Positions 12,414 through 23,492 are shown, numbered from the stretch's first letter. The stretch is 64,000 nt of DNA from a virus (IMGVR_UViG_3300021387_000025:55956-119955); one strand, 5' to 3'. Numbers and translations are program-made. Notes: generated by a model from the sequence alone, not told the origin.

Positions 12414-14219
12414 TTATGTTCCTCCAGTGAAAAATACCAAGCTTCTTGACTCAAAAGCCGCTTTGCGTTTATTCTTCTTAAACATTTCTTCTTCAAGTTC
12501 TTTAATTCGCCATTGTCCATAGGCAAAAGCCGAATATTTATCTTTCGGGAACCGAGAATTAATTTGTTCAAGTACGATATCTAAACCAGTTCTTTTAAGT
12601 CTAAGATTAGCCATCTCTTCAAAAAGTTTAGTAGTCAACTCATGCGGCATAAGGCGCCGTACACGCTTTTCAAAACTCATATGCTATCCTGTTTTTGTCG
12701 CCATTAATGCTGTTCTAGCTTCTTGTTCTGTAATTAAAAATCTCACAAGACCGCTATTTAAACGAGTATAAGCATTACTATGAATTTTTGAATTTAAAGG
12801 ACCATTAGCTTTTAATGAGTATAAGATGTTTGAGATATCTTTCGGTTGAATTTTTTTATAATCATCATTATTAAAAAATCCATATGCGGGCCATTCAATA
12901 CCAGTTTCATCTATTTGCGGCCGAATCATTTCATCTGCTAAACCAACACCCAAACCATTACAATCAATTACAACTTCACGAGGATTGTAAAGCTAAATAA
13001 GACGCTTTAAATCAATTGCTTGCTGACTAAACTACTTTGTTTCTGCTTGGCGGCCTAATACTTCAATATATACTAATGTAGAAAACATTTTGTTATCTCT
13101 TATATTAACGCGCCATACACAAGCAACAGTTTGGTCAGAAAGTCGACCTACGTCCACTGATATTAAGTAGAATACATTATGATCTTCTCTAAATTTTTGC
13201 TTCCATTCTGGATTTTTTAATTTTCTATAACGAGAAAGTTTTTCAAAATCAAACCAACTTTCTTCACTCCCGCCAAGCCACGTGCCCATATATTCGGCCG
13301 CGAATGTCTATTCATTATAAGAAGGAGAGAGTTTAAGACTGCGTACATAATTATTATCAATAAGCCCATGCATAGCAGGAATACGATAGTCAAGACCAAT
13401 GCAAAAATTTCGAGAGGGATCAATTATAGCCTTTTCAAAAGTGTCAAGCAACGCTTCGTATGCAAACGAAGATTTAGTTCCCGCACTCGTCGCGTAGATG
13501 ACCTAGGTATTTATCTTTTCATAAGGATTAACAAGTCCATTTGCCATACGACGAGAAACATTCATCTAAGGCAATATGATCTCTGCGATTGCATCGCCAT
13601 CCTGGTCACGTGTTTCGTCTATGAGTGTCGCGTGCGTACGAATACCACGATCTGAATCAAGCGCGCCAACGATGGATAGGCGAGCGCCATTTTTAAAATA
13701 AAGGTCGCAATAATCCTTACCAAAATTAGCACGAACACCATCAGCATTGGCCGCCGAGTATTCTAATTCATTTTTTAGTAAAGGCCAAATTTTCCAAATC
13801 TCTTTTATTTTTTGTTGTGAAATTTTTGCCGCCTGAGATTTATTTGGCGCCACTATTGATCCAACATGGCCAGGAATAAACATACACTAAAGATATTTAG
13901 CAAGAATAGATAAAAAAGTTTTTGAAGTAGCACGGGCCGCAGTAATATACAAAGTAGTATATCTCATGCACGCGCGCAAGAAAATTCTCTAATAAGGAAA
14001 TAAATCAAAATTAGAATCAATTGGTTTAATCATATCCAAATATATATCTGGATATGCCGCAAACAGACACCAACAATCATACAAAAGTTCTTCATTTTTT
14101 TCAAGCCAAGGCTCACTAATAACTACACCTTTCTCTAGTTCAATCCCGTCTCGATATATTTTTTCTTGCTTATTAAAACGTGTTTTGACCGGGTCGCGCA
14201 ATGTAATTATTTCTTCCAT
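12414..14219 (-). CDS. terL: Terminase large subunit, TAG-recoded
   Basis: 601 aa after read-through. Walker A-like ARATSKT, Walker B LIDE, YATSAG coupling motif, nuclease SVDVGR, VIDCNGLG and KDKYSA. Confidence 0.9.
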
Positions 14220-15214
14220 TAAACACCCATGCCTCCGCTGGGATCAAAATCTTCTTCTTCATATTTAGCGTAAACTTCATTTTCATACTCATCCAAATCA
14301 AATTCAGGCTAAATGTCATATTGATTTGATCCTTCTTCCAATTTACTAACACTTTTTAAAGCTTCAATACGTTTTGTAATCTCGTCACCAATACCTCCTT
14401 CATTAATATAAAGCCTCTAATTGTAAGCTTCAATATTCTTAATGGATTCATCAATTATGTCACGAGTCGCGCCATCATAGAATTTATTTTGACGACCTCT
14501 TTTTTCAAGCCACATACCAACTTCTGCAAAAGAATCAAAGTCTGATGCATTTTTTGTGTTCTTTGGGGTAAATTCCGCAGCTTTTATAAGTTTGTCATAT
14601 GAAGCTAAAAACTTATCAACTTCTTTGTCTCCCGCACGAATACGACTATCAATTTCAAGTGATAACTTGCAAATCTTGCGCGCCTGGTCTTCCTAAAGTG
14701 TACCCGCTACATTTTGAGTAGCTAGCATTCCTTTATATAGGTCTTCTAAATATTCTAACTCTGACTTTTCGTAGTTCGCGCCCCATATGCTCTAAAGATC
14801 TTTTACTCGCTGATCATTAACAAGTGGAATTTCATCTTCAATTAGTCCAGCCTCTCTCAAAGCAATATACTGTTTATTGTAATCGGCCCAGCCAAGATTT
14901 CGATAACTTTCAGATGCAAAAACTCTAGCATAAACGGGCCAAATATCTTTTGTCTCGTTTAGGTCCTGAATACGAACCCACTCTTTAACTATAAAAGGAA
15001 TATCTGCCCATTGGCAAAGTTTATCAATTGAATCCCAAGAATATTCATGTTCGCGCAAATACGCATTAATGCAGCTATTACAAATCGGAAGCAAATGATC
15101 TTCATAGAAAATTGAATGAGTGTGCGCAAAGTCGTCAGTGGATGTACTTAGGTGACAACGGGCGCAAACTTTCGTGAGATTAGGACGTTTTTGAATCCGA
15201 GGTTCAATTCCCAT
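14219..15214 (-). CDS. Zn-binding protein upstream of terminase (possible small-terminase-like), TAG-recoded
   Basis: 331 aa after read-through; CARC..CNSC; TAATG overlap with terL. Confidence 0.7.
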
Positions 15215-15448
15215 TTATCGCGCCCCTCCCGCATTATTGGCTTCGCGCAAAATTTTTAAAAGCTCTCGTTTACGTTTGCGCCCAGATTGTTCAAAAGAAT
15301 CGATGACGTCCGCGCAAAGTTCACCAAAGTCTCTTGGATTCTCTCCCTCGATTAGTTGAACTTTTAAAATTCTGGCTACACCTAAAAAAATTTCTGGGCT
15401 TTTAATTCTTCCCAACTCTAATATAAATCTTTCGTTTAATCCATTCAT
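15215..15448 (-). CDS. Hypothetical protein
   Basis: Track ORF 77 aa, GGAGG RBS, coupled to both neighbours. Confidence 0.65.
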   Translation of the reverse strand: MNGLNERFILELGRIKSPEIFLGVARILKVQLIEGENPRDFGELCADVIDSFEQSGRKRKRELLKILREANNAGGAR

Positions 15449-16737
15449 TCTCGACCTCCATTGCGTTTTTTCTTCTCACATAATTTACAACGAGGAGAAA
15501 AACCGTCATTTGATCTCTATCTTCTTACGAAATTAGTCTCATTTAAAAGTAACGTATGGCCGCAATCTTTACAAACTTTGAAGTTTTCTGGAAAGAAAAT
15601 ATTCTTTACAATCTCTGCGTGCATGGCGGCGGCATCACAAATTCCTTGAAGACATTTCTACACATATAAAGTAGAAATATAGTTTGGAGAGTATTTGCGT
15701 TTAAATTCCTAATTAATTTTATCCGCAACTAACTAATTTGACATCTTCTAAGTTTTTAATTCCAAAATCCTTCTATGAATCGGTTCAAGGCGCGCCAACG
15801 ACACATACGACTCCAAAATACGTTTAAAAACTTCAAAGTTTGATCCTTCATCGCTTGCCTCTTCTAGCTCATCTCTCAAACTAAAAAAAGTATATAAGTG
15901 ATCCCTATTACAAAAATCAAAGAAAAGTTTTGAGTTGTTTTGATTTTGTGCCCATAAAAACTTTGAAATTTTTTCGAGTTCTTCTTGTTCGAAATCGTTT
16001 GGCTCTGGGAAACGATCATTGCGCCAAATCTTTTTAAAGAGGTCTTTGTCCCAGATCAAATCTAATGGTTTGAGTTGGACCTCATCGCCAAAACACAAAG
16101 GTTCTTGAATTTGAAAATTTGGGGTTGGGTTTAGTAGGATTTGTGAAGAATATGAATCTTTCAATATATATTGTTGGGTTCTGAGGTCAACGAGTTCACG
16201 TTTGAGTTTTAGGAAATGATATGAGCTTAGTTGGCGCGCCTTCGACTCCAAAAGGGATTTTTCTGATGGCGTGAAACGGCTTAGAAGCTCGGAGCGAATG
16301 GGAGTTTTTCTTTTGCCTTGTTGGAGTTCGTAGGTTTGAACGAGGAATTCTGTTTCGTCGATTTGGCGCCAAAGGGCTTCGAAGTCAGGGAGTAGGTGAG
16401 CTGGCGCATTTTTTCGCGTCGAAGAGCGTGAGAAAACTTCGCGCTAAACTTTCATGGGAGGATCAGTGGGTCGGCGCAGCATTGATTCGTTGAATGTGGG
16501 GGATTCTACGAGAGCGTCGAGGGATTCGACTTTTGAATCGGATTGGTTCCATTTTGAGTTGAGATCTAGGCCTTCTTGGAGGCCATTTAGGCCGCTTTGG
16601 CGGTCACGTCCCCAAAGTATATAATCTGAAATCGTCGCTAACTCAGATGGGGAAAATATATCTTCGTCTTTGATGTGATCGGCGATAAATTTAGCGCGCT
16701 CATCTCGCCATTCGAGCGAAAAATCTAATTTAAGCAT
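15445..16737 (-). CDS. Hypothetical DNA-binding protein with C-terminal Zn ribbon, TAG-recoded
   Basis: Joins 16444-16737 and 15748-16251 through TAGs to TGA at 15445 (430 aa); CKDCG...CKLC near the C-terminus. Confidence 0.7.
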
Positions 16738-16783
16738 TGTCTAAGCCGGCTTGGGTGCCAGCGTCTCCTTCTAATCTATTAAA

Positions 16784-16812
16784 AGTATACACAAATTTGG
16801 AGGAAAAGTCAA
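16784..16812 (-). promoter_or_regulatory. Sigma-A/70 promoter for the leftward packaging/virion operon
   Basis: TTGACT-17-TATACT on the minus strand upstream of 16737. Confidence 0.6.
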
Positions 16813-16829
16813 ATTTCGACAAGCTTTTA

Positions 16830-16890
16830 TAAGGAAATGAAATTTTAATTTTGTAAGGAAAATGAAATTTTAATTTCGTAAAGAAAATGT
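16830..16890. repeat. About 2.5 tandem copies of TAAGGAAA(A)TGAAATTTTAATTTYG
   Basis: Direct tandem repeat visible in the sequence. Confidence 0.7.
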
Positions 16891-17059
16891 ACCAGGGGCG
16901 CCCGTTCGAACGGGCGTTCGATCCGAAAATCCCAAATACACCCGCCGGGTATTGTGCAATTTGCACAAAAAAGAAATTGAAAGTTTGTGCATTCTGCCTA
17001 TTGCAATCCGGTGCTGATAGTGGTATACTTGACCCATCAAAAGAGAGGAGACCACCACA

Positions 17060-17518
17060 ATGACAAACCCCACCATTTTCGAACACATGATCGACGGATA
17101 CAACACTCACGCGTACACGCACGAGTACATTTTTGGTTTTGAGTACAAGGGCGTTGTCTATATGTCAAAAGCTACAAGCTCGGTTCTGCCCTTTGTCCTT
17201 TGCCTTGACCGCGCAAGCCGTGGCGCTGGATACGCGCTTCGCTTTAAGCCCAACAACGGGCAGAAGCTGGTCCTGATGGCTGGCGCTGAGGTCCTTTGCT
17301 CAAAGGAATATTTCGAATCGCTGGTTCAGTCCTCTATCTACAACGCGGGCGAGATCTTTGAGAAGCTGGTCACTGAAAAGTTCGGACAGACCTGGATCAA
17401 GGACAACGTACCGTTCACCCAGGACGGAGACCTCACGGTTGACGGGATCGCCTACCAGATCAAGTTCAACAAAGCTACCTTCATCAACGAAAAGCAGCTT
17501 GCAAGGCTCGAGGGCTGA
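17060..17518 (+). CDS. Hypothetical protein, PD-(D/E)XK nuclease-like; paralog of 20346-20804
   Basis: GEIFE..DGD..YQIK pattern; own promoter and RBS. Confidence 0.7.
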   Translation: MTNPTIFEHMIDGYNTHAYTHEYIFGFEYKGVVYMSKATSSVLPFVLCLDRASRGAGYALRFKPNNGQKLVLMAGAEVLCSKEYFESLVQSSIYNAGEIFEKLVTEKFGQTWIKDNVPFTQDGDLTVDGIAYQIKFNKATFINEKQLARLEG

Positions 17519-17610
17519 GCCTTGCACCCGCTGCCCGGGCCGATAAAAAAGGCTTGACAAACACAAGCTGGTATGATATAATAAAGCTATAAAGAAAAGG
17601 AGATAAAACA

Positions 17611-17787
17611 ATGAAGTTTTTATTTGTCGGTTATATAGCTCTGATTCTGGTGGTTTTCTTCTTCAGTATTATTCATCAGGATGATGTAAATAAGAATGGA
17701 TCTCGTAAATTCAACTGGCGCTTTGTAATTGTCCTGATTATGTTCATTGTTTCGCCAGTAGTTGCCAAGCTTTGCGGTCTGATGTGA
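17611..17787 (+). CDS. Small membrane protein
   Basis: 58 aa MKFLFVGYIALILVVFFF..., AAGGAG RBS, own promoter. Confidence 0.65.
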   Translation: MKFLFVGYIALILVVFFFSIIHQDDVNKNGSRKFNWRFVIVLIMFIVSPVVAKLCGLM

Positions 17788-17898
17788 TCGCAAAGTTGGC
17801 CGGGCGGCCGCTGCCGGAGAAAAAAAGATTAAAAAGCACTTGACAAACCGGAGAACATCTGTTATAATAGACTTATCAAAAGAGAGGAGAACACAACA

Positions 17899-18063
17899 AT
17901 GACAAAGGAAGAAATGCTTACACTGGTAATTAGAAGATTCGGATTTGAACATCAGTATACAATCGACTTTGCAGAGTCAATCGAATGGTTAGGACTGGAA
18001 GAGTCCAGAACGCTTCTCGAAGCGGTTCTGACACTCCCACTGGAAGAGGACGAAGAGGACTGA
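17899..18063 (+). CDS. Small acidic hypothetical protein
   Basis: 54 aa MTKEEMLTLVIRRFGFEH...; promoter, RBS and terminator present. Confidence 0.7.
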   Translation: MTKEEMLTLVIRRFGFEHQYTIDFAESIEWLGLEESRTLLEAVLTLPLEEDEED

Positions 18064-18241
18064 AGTCCTCTTCTCTTTGGGCGCGGAGTTAGTCATGACT
18101 AACCACTGCCCGGGCGATGGCGGAGTTAGTCATGACTAACTACGCAGAGTCCCGCTGCCGGTATAAAAGATTAAAAAGGGACTTGACAAACGCGCGATAG
18201 TATGATATAATAAGACTATCAAAAGAAAGGAAGAATTAAAG

Positions 18242-18460
18242 ATGTATAATGTAGATCTGGCTATGTGCAATGGTATGGATACAGTTATAACTCATGTAGA
18301 ACATATTCCGTTCTATTCGAGATGGGCGGCGCGCAAATATTCGCGCGAAGTTATCAAATGCATTGATGTCTATCATATAACAATTATGGACATGGAAACT
18401 GGTGAAATCGTTTTGGAATTAAATAATGACGGTTCGATTGAATGGGACTCGGAGGGTTAA
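18242..18460 (+). CDS. Hypothetical protein
   Basis: Track ORF with promoter, RBS and terminator. Confidence 0.7.
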   Translation: MYNVDLAMCNGMDTVITHVEHIPFYSRWAARKYSREVIKCIDVYHITIMDMETGEIVLELNNDGSIEWDSEG

Positions 18461-18587
18461 ACCCTCCGATTCTTTGCCCGGGCGTTGAGTTAGTCACGAC
18501 TAATTCAAAACTTTTCCGAAAAAACTATTGACAAAATTCTATTCTTATGTTATACTAAAGTCAGAAAAAGAGAAAGGAATCCGAAAA

Positions 18588-19025
18588 ATGAGAATTTGTT
18601 TTGATATGGATGGAACGATCGCCGATCTTTACGGAGTTGAAGGATGGTTGGAAAATCTCATTGAAGAAAATACAAGGCCTTACGAAGAAGCAAAAGTTTT
18701 ACTAAATATGCAGGCACTTGCAAGAGTTCTGAATAATCTCCAGAAAAAGGGATATGAAATCGGAATTATCTCGTGGCTTTCCAAAAATGGTTCTGAAAAA
18801 TATAACGAAAAAGTAAAACTTGCAAAAATCGAATGGTTGAAAAATCACTTAAAAAGTGTTAGATTCGACTTTCTGGAAATTGTCAAATATGGAACAGATA
18901 AAAATCTGGTTTGTACTGGAAAATCTGATATTTTATTTGATGATGAAATCGGAAACCGTGAAAACTGGAAAGGCATTTCCTATAATGTAGAAAATATCAT
19001 TGAAGTTTTAAGAAGATTGAAATAA
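18588..19025 (+). CDS. HAD-superfamily 5'(3')-nucleotidase-like protein
   Basis: FDMDGTIADL motif I and ILFDDE motif IV; ATG at 18588 after the RBS. Confidence 0.8.
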   Translation: MRICFDMDGTIADLYGVEGWLENLIEENTRPYEEAKVLLNMQALARVLNNLQKKGYEIGIISWLSKNGSEKYNEKVKLAKIEWLKNHLKSVRFDFLEIVKYGTDKNLVCTGKSDILFDDEIGNRENWKGISYNVENIIEVLRRLK

Positions 19026-19160
19026 TCCTCTTTTTTCTCGCGAAAACGGCGCCCGGGCGCAATCGAACACACGTACGAACAAAATTTTTTTTAAAAATAC
19101 TTGACAAACCGGAAAATGTATGCTATAATTAAACCATCAAAAGAAAGGAAGATAACAAAC

Positions 19161-19319
19161 ATGAAGACATGGGAAGAAATGAATAAAATGGAAAGACTCG
19201 CTGAAATTATGTTTCAAGAGGATGAAGAAAGGTATAATAATAATCAACCTTTGATGTATTACACTAAAGAAGATTTTGAAGCAGAAAAAAAAGAAAGAGA
19301 AAATGAAAAAAATACTTGA
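19161..19319 (+). CDS. Hypothetical protein
   Basis: ATG after AAAGGA RBS; the stop overlaps the next -35 box. Confidence 0.6.
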   Translation: MKTWEEMNKMERLAEIMFQEDEERYNNNQPLMYYTKEDFEAEKKERENEKNT

Positions 19320-19374
19320 CAAATTCCGGATTCTATGATATACTTATACCATCAAAAGAAAGGAAGAAACGAAA

Positions 19375-19656
19375 ATGAGCGGATTTTATGAATTAAAATG
19401 TATGGATGGAATGGGATTTTATACTTATTATTATTTTTATAGTCCTCGTGCAATTCGCAACCCCAAGATGGCATTAAATCGTGGTTACGCTTCTGACGCC
19501 ATGAGATTAGTGGTTGATGATAGAGAAGAAGACCCCGTTGCAATTAAATTCATGCACAATATTTTTGAATACATTTACAAAAAGTATTTCAAAAAGGCGG
19601 GGACTTTTAGATTGGGTTATCGTGTAGACTGGGAAAAAGAAAGTAAAAGAATCTAA
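19375..19656 (+). CDS. Hypothetical protein
   Basis: Track ORF with own promoter and RBS. Confidence 0.65.
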   Translation: MSGFYELKCMDGMGFYTYYYFYSPRAIRNPKMALNRGYASDAMRLVVDDREEDPVAIKFMHNIFEYIYKKYFKKAGTFRLGYRVDWEKESKRI

Positions 19657-19811
19657 AAAAATTGGCAAAAATCGAAATATCTGTTACAATTTAAACATCG
19701 AAAAAGAGGACCAAAAATCCTCTTTTTTTCGCGCCCGGACGAAAATTTTTACTTGACAAATTCTACTTTTTATGATATAATAAGTTTATCAAAAGAAAGG
19801 AATCTCCAAAA

Positions 19812-20063
19812 ATGAAGAAGTTTTTCGGTATTGAACACGGTTATAAATTCGAATGGAATGATCTTCGTTGTTTTGCAACGGTTATAAATGTCATCCTTAT
19901 AATGGTTTTTGGACTTTCTATTTCATGGTTCGGTCTTGGAATTGCAATAGTTGGTCTTGTTAAAGATTTAACAAGTGATCGGCATATTAACGGAATTGTA
20001 ATGCATTTATCAGGTATTGCATTAAATGTTTATTTCCTTTTTCTTTTGTACGGCGGAGTGTAA
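19812..20063 (+). CDS. Membrane protein
   Basis: 83 aa with hydrophobic segments; promoter, RBS and terminator. Confidence 0.7.
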   Translation: MKKFFGIEHGYKFEWNDLRCFATVINVILIMVFGLSISWFGLGIAIVGLVKDLTSDRHINGIVMHLSGIALNVYFLFLLYGGV

Positions 20064-20345
20064 AAACTCCGCTTTTTTCGCGCCGAAAACAAAAAAATTT
20101 TTTAAAAAGGTATTGACAAATCCCTTTTCTCATGATATAATAGTATCATAGAAAAGGGAAGTGGAGTGGACACCGAGGACGCAAACATCCAACCAACAAT
20201 CGAGTTAGTCATGACTAACTATTGCCCGGGCGCCAGTTAGTTGCGACTAACCGCGCGAAAAAATTTTTAAAAAATTGAAAAAAGGGGTTGACAAATACCG
20301 GTTCATCTGCTATAATAGACTTATCAAAAGAAAGGAAACACCGAC

Positions 20346-20804
20346 ATGAATACCTCGATTTTCAACTACCTCATCGACAACTACAACAAACTCTCCTACA
20401 CACACAACTACATTTTCGGTTTCGAATTCAATCATACAATCTATATGGCACACGCTGACGCCGAAGTTCTCCCCTACGTGCTGACGCTGGACAAGGCAAG
20501 CCGTGGCGCTGGTTACAGCATCCGCTTCAAGCCCAACAAAAATCAGAAAATGGTTCTGATCACGAAAGCTGAGGTTCTCTGCTCCGCTGAATATTTCGAA
20601 AGTGAAGTAGCCGAAAGCAAGTACAACGCTGGTGAGATTTTCGAAAAGATGGTAACCGAAAGATTCGGTCAGACTTGGGAAAAAGACAATGTTCCCTTTA
20701 CCGAAGACGGAGACCTCACAGTTGACGGAATCGCTTATCAGATCAAATTCAATAAAGCAACTTTCATCAATGAAAAGTCCCTCGCAAGGTTCCTCGCAAT
20801 GTGA
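20346..20804 (+). CDS. Hypothetical protein, PD-(D/E)XK nuclease-like; paralog of 17060-17518
   Basis: Near-identical C-terminal half (YNAGEIFEK..DGDLTVDGIAYQIKFNKATF). Confidence 0.75.
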   Translation: MNTSIFNYLIDNYNKLSYTHNYIFGFEFNHTIYMAHADAEVLPYVLTLDKASRGAGYSIRFKPNKNQKMVLITKAEVLCSAEYFESEVAESKYNAGEIFEKMVTERFGQTWEKDNVPFTEDGDLTVDGIAYQIKFNKATFINEKSLARFLAM

Positions 20805-20908
20805 ACCTTGCGACTTTTCTTTTGCCCGGGCGCGCCGAACAGAAGTTCGAGAAAAAATTTTTGAAAAAGCACTTGACATTTTCGACAAGGTATGCTATAA
20901 TACATAAT

Positions 20909-20995
20909 GTCAGGAGGAGAGAAAGGTAAACCTCGGCAAGCCATATAGGGAACGGGTTCAAATCCCGCGGAGTCGCTCTCCAAACCACGAAACTT
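20909..20995 (+). ncRNA. Putative small RNA with tRNA-like T-loop hairpin
   Basis: Follows a consensus promoter, no ORF; GGAGAG/CTCTCC closing stem and CGGG-TTCAAAT-CCCG. Confidence 0.45.
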
Positions 20996-21049
20996 TTAAA
21001 AAGTTGTGAAAAACCTCTTGACAAATCAAATCAAATGTGCTATAATAAA

Positions 21050-21304
21050 GGCACAGTAAGGGAAGGAAAACCCAAACAAACCCCTCGATCAAGCCAGCGT
21101 TCAGCCCTCTGTGAAAACAGAGAAACCGCAACCGACAGGACGGAAGGCGCAAGGTGCCTATGTAAGACGGACAACGAGGTTAAAGAGCGGTTAGCAAACA
21201 ACTCGCAAGGGTACGAACCCCTAACGCCGTGGGGTGCGTGAGTCTGAAGGAACTAAAATCCCTTTCAAAAACAAATGCGACTCTATGGCACCGCCATAGG
21301 TCGC
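21050..21304 (+). ncRNA. Putative ~250 nt structured RNA
   Basis: Consensus promoter at 21018, no RBS-led ORF, several hairpins, terminal GCGAC..TATGGC/GCCATA..GTCGC stem before GCCCGGGC. Confidence 0.5.
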
Positions 21305-21487
21305 GCCCGGGCCAAATTTTTTAAAATTATACTTGACAAATTAAAAAATCTATGCTATAATACATATAGAAAAAGAAAAGAAAAACAAAGGGCTTGCGGT
21401 AGTTGAATAAGATAGTTTGCAGAGACTTGCTCCTTTGAATTATTTGAAAGACTACTAACCCACCATTAAAAAGGAGGAAAACTTATA

Positions 21488-21766
21488 ATGATGATTAATC
21501 CCGAATATGCAAAACCTATTCTTAAACTTTCTAACTTGCTCAATGAGCGCAACATTCCCCACACAGTAAATGTGATTTGGGACGGTTTACAGATTCGCTT
21601 CCCTTGGAATGGTGGAGATATTATTTGCCATTCAGGTTCTTACTGGCATGAATATGGACATGTGGAATCAATGGGATGTCCTTGGGACAAGGACGATGTG
21701 ACTTGTCTTCGTGTTGACGAGGCAGGCGAACTTGTTGCTGATTGGTGGGCAGAGGTTGGGGATTGA
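21488..21766 (+). CDS. Hypothetical protein
   Basis: AAGGAGG RBS; long structured leader. Confidence 0.7.
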   Translation: MMINPEYAKPILKLSNLLNERNIPHTVNVIWDGLQIRFPWNGGDIICHSGSYWHEYGHVESMGCPWDKDDVTCLRVDEAGELVADWWAEVGD

Positions 21767-21867
21767 CCCAACCGTGCCCGGGCCGCCAAAAATTTTTGAA
21801 AACTACTTGACAAATCTACTTTTATATGGTATAATGTATTCAGAAAAAGAGAAAGGAACACTTAAAC

Positions 21868-22305
21868 ATGACAACTATTTTCTTTGATATGGACGGAACA
21901 ATTGCTGATCTGTACGGCGTAGAAAATTGGTTAGAATATCTTCAGAATGAAGATGCTTTCCCTTATGTAAATGCAAAAGCACTCCTAAATTTACAAGCAC
22001 TCGCGCGCAGACTCAATAATTTACAGAGAAAAGGATATAGAGTTGAGATTATTTCGTGGCTTTCTCGTACTTCTTCCGAAAATTATGATAGACTGGTTAC
22101 AACTGCAAAAATTGAATGGTTAGAAACTCATTTACACTCGGTTCATTTTAATAAAATTAATATCGTTCGTTATGGTACTAATAAAGACAACTTCCGCCAT
22201 TCAGATTTTGATATTTTATTTGATGACGAAGAAAAGAACCGCGAAAACTGGGGTGGAATTTCATACAATGTTGATAATATTCTTGAGGTGTTGAGGAGGT
22301 TATAA
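21868..22305 (+). CDS. HAD-superfamily 5'(3')-nucleotidase-like protein (paralog of 18588-19025)
   Basis: FDMDGTIADLYG and ILFDDE motifs. Confidence 0.8.
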   Translation: MTTIFFDMDGTIADLYGVENWLEYLQNEDAFPYVNAKALLNLQALARRLNNLQRKGYRVEIISWLSRTSSENYDRLVTTAKIEWLETHLHSVHFNKINIVRYGTNKDNFRHSDFDILFDDEEKNRENWGGISYNVDNILEVLRRL

Positions 22306-22439
22306 TGAGCAAAAAGAAAAAGAAAACTACGGACCGTGGGCCAACTTTCGTTGGATTATCTCCTATTTATGAGAAAACAAAGAAAGAAAGAATTGAAAGT
22401 AAATATAGAAAGCATAAAGGGCGCCAACTCGATGAGTAG
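22305..22439 (+). CDS. Small basic protein ending in TAG
   Basis: GAGGAGG RBS, TAATG coupling, 44 aa Lys-rich; the TAG lies inside the terminator hairpin. Confidence 0.6.
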   Translation: MSKKKKKTTDRGPTFVGLSPIYEKTKKERIESKYRKHKGRQLDE

Positions 22440-22566
22440 AGGGCGCCTTTTCTGTGGCCCGGGCGCCGAGTTAACATAGACTAACTAAAAATTTTTTGAA
22501 AAAATACTTGACTTTTTGAAAAAGATATGATATAATTGATTTATCAAAAGAAAGGAAACAAATCAA

Positions 22567-22722
22567 ATGTTCGGTGATCTTGTAAATCTCTATTGTTCCT
22601 ATTGTGATCTTGCGGACTACTACTTCTGGGCTTCTCGTGATTGGGATCGTAAAGAAAAATTCCAGGAGTATAAGAAACTGGCAAAGAATATCGAAGAAAT
22701 TTTGAAAGGAATGTGTGAATAA
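22567..22722 (+). CDS. Small hypothetical protein
   Basis: 51 aa after promoter and RBS. Confidence 0.55.
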   Translation: MFGDLVNLYCSYCDLADYYFWASRDWDRKEKFQEYKKLAKNIEEILKGMCE

Positions 22723-22723
22723 A

Positions 22724-22915
22724 ATGAATGAAGTTTGGTATAAGATTGTAACTCCTCAGACAACCGTTGAAATTCAGGACTATGCAACCGCAAAGCGTTT
22801 GGAAAGAAACGGCGCGCAGGTTGAAAGAATTTATAAATATAAAAATCTTTCGTGCATCACGGATGAAAAGAGAAGAGAAAAAATTCTCAGAAAGTACGGA
22901 CTGTCGATGGTGTAA
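22724..22915 (+). CDS. Hypothetical protein
   Basis: ATG after GAAAGGA; within track ORF 22715-22915. Confidence 0.6.
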   Translation: MNEVWYKIVTPQTTVEIQDYATAKRLERNGAQVERIYKYKNLSCITDEKRREKILRKYGLSMV

Positions 22916-23003
22916 ACCATCGATGGCCCGGGCCAAAAATTTTGCTTGACATTTTCTAAAAAGTATGCTATAATAGATTTATCAAAGAAAAGGAGATTTT
23001 CAA

Positions 23004-23177
23004 ATGACTCACATCGAATTAGTTGAAAAGATTATTGAAGGTTTTCAGAAGCAATTTAAAGAATATCCAGTAGAAAGTGAAAACGAAGAAACCTTCCGTC
23101 AGGGCATGATTTTTGCTTACAAATACTTAATTGAAGTTTTAAAGAACAATGGATATCCCTATATAGAAGAAGATTAA
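23004..23177 (+). CDS. Small acidic hypothetical protein
   Basis: 57 aa MTHIELVEKII..., promoter and AAGGAG RBS. Confidence 0.6.
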   Translation: MTHIELVEKIIEGFQKQFKEYPVESENEETFRQGMIFAYKYLIEVLKNNGYPYIEED

Positions 23178-23252
23178 AATTTTTCAAAAAGCACTTGACA
23201 AAATAAACTTTATAGTGTATAATAGTCTTATCAAAAGAAAGGAAATATAAAA

Positions 23253-23384
23253 ATGTTTTACTTTTTAATGAGTCTTTTAAGTGAAAATCCCGCGGGTGGT
23301 CCACAGATGTTTGGAGCTTTGTGTGACGGTTTTTATTTTGGAATTTTGCTTTGTCAGATAGTCAAGGCAATTAGAAGGAAATGA
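23253..23384 (+). CDS. Small membrane peptide
   Basis: 43 aa after promoter and RBS; hydrophobic C-terminal half. Confidence 0.55.
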   Translation: MFYFLMSLLSENPAGGPQMFGALCDGFYFGILLCQIVKAIRRK

Positions 23385-23492
23385 GCGAACACTTGTTCGC
23401 TCTTGCCCGGGCCGCCAATTTTTGAAAAAGTTCTTGACAAAATAAAAAAAGTATGCTATAATGAATCTATCAAAAGAAAGGAAATAATAAAA

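Noticed and set aside
1-16737. Structural genes as pseudogenes or a decayed prophage
   Set aside because: All interruptions I checked are in-frame TAG, with no frameshifts or internal TAA/TGA, and a tRNA(CUA) is present.
21398-21460. Solitary CRISPR repeat (RNA anti-CRISPR)
   Set aside because: Only the TTGAAAG end is repeat-like; better explained as a leader hairpin.
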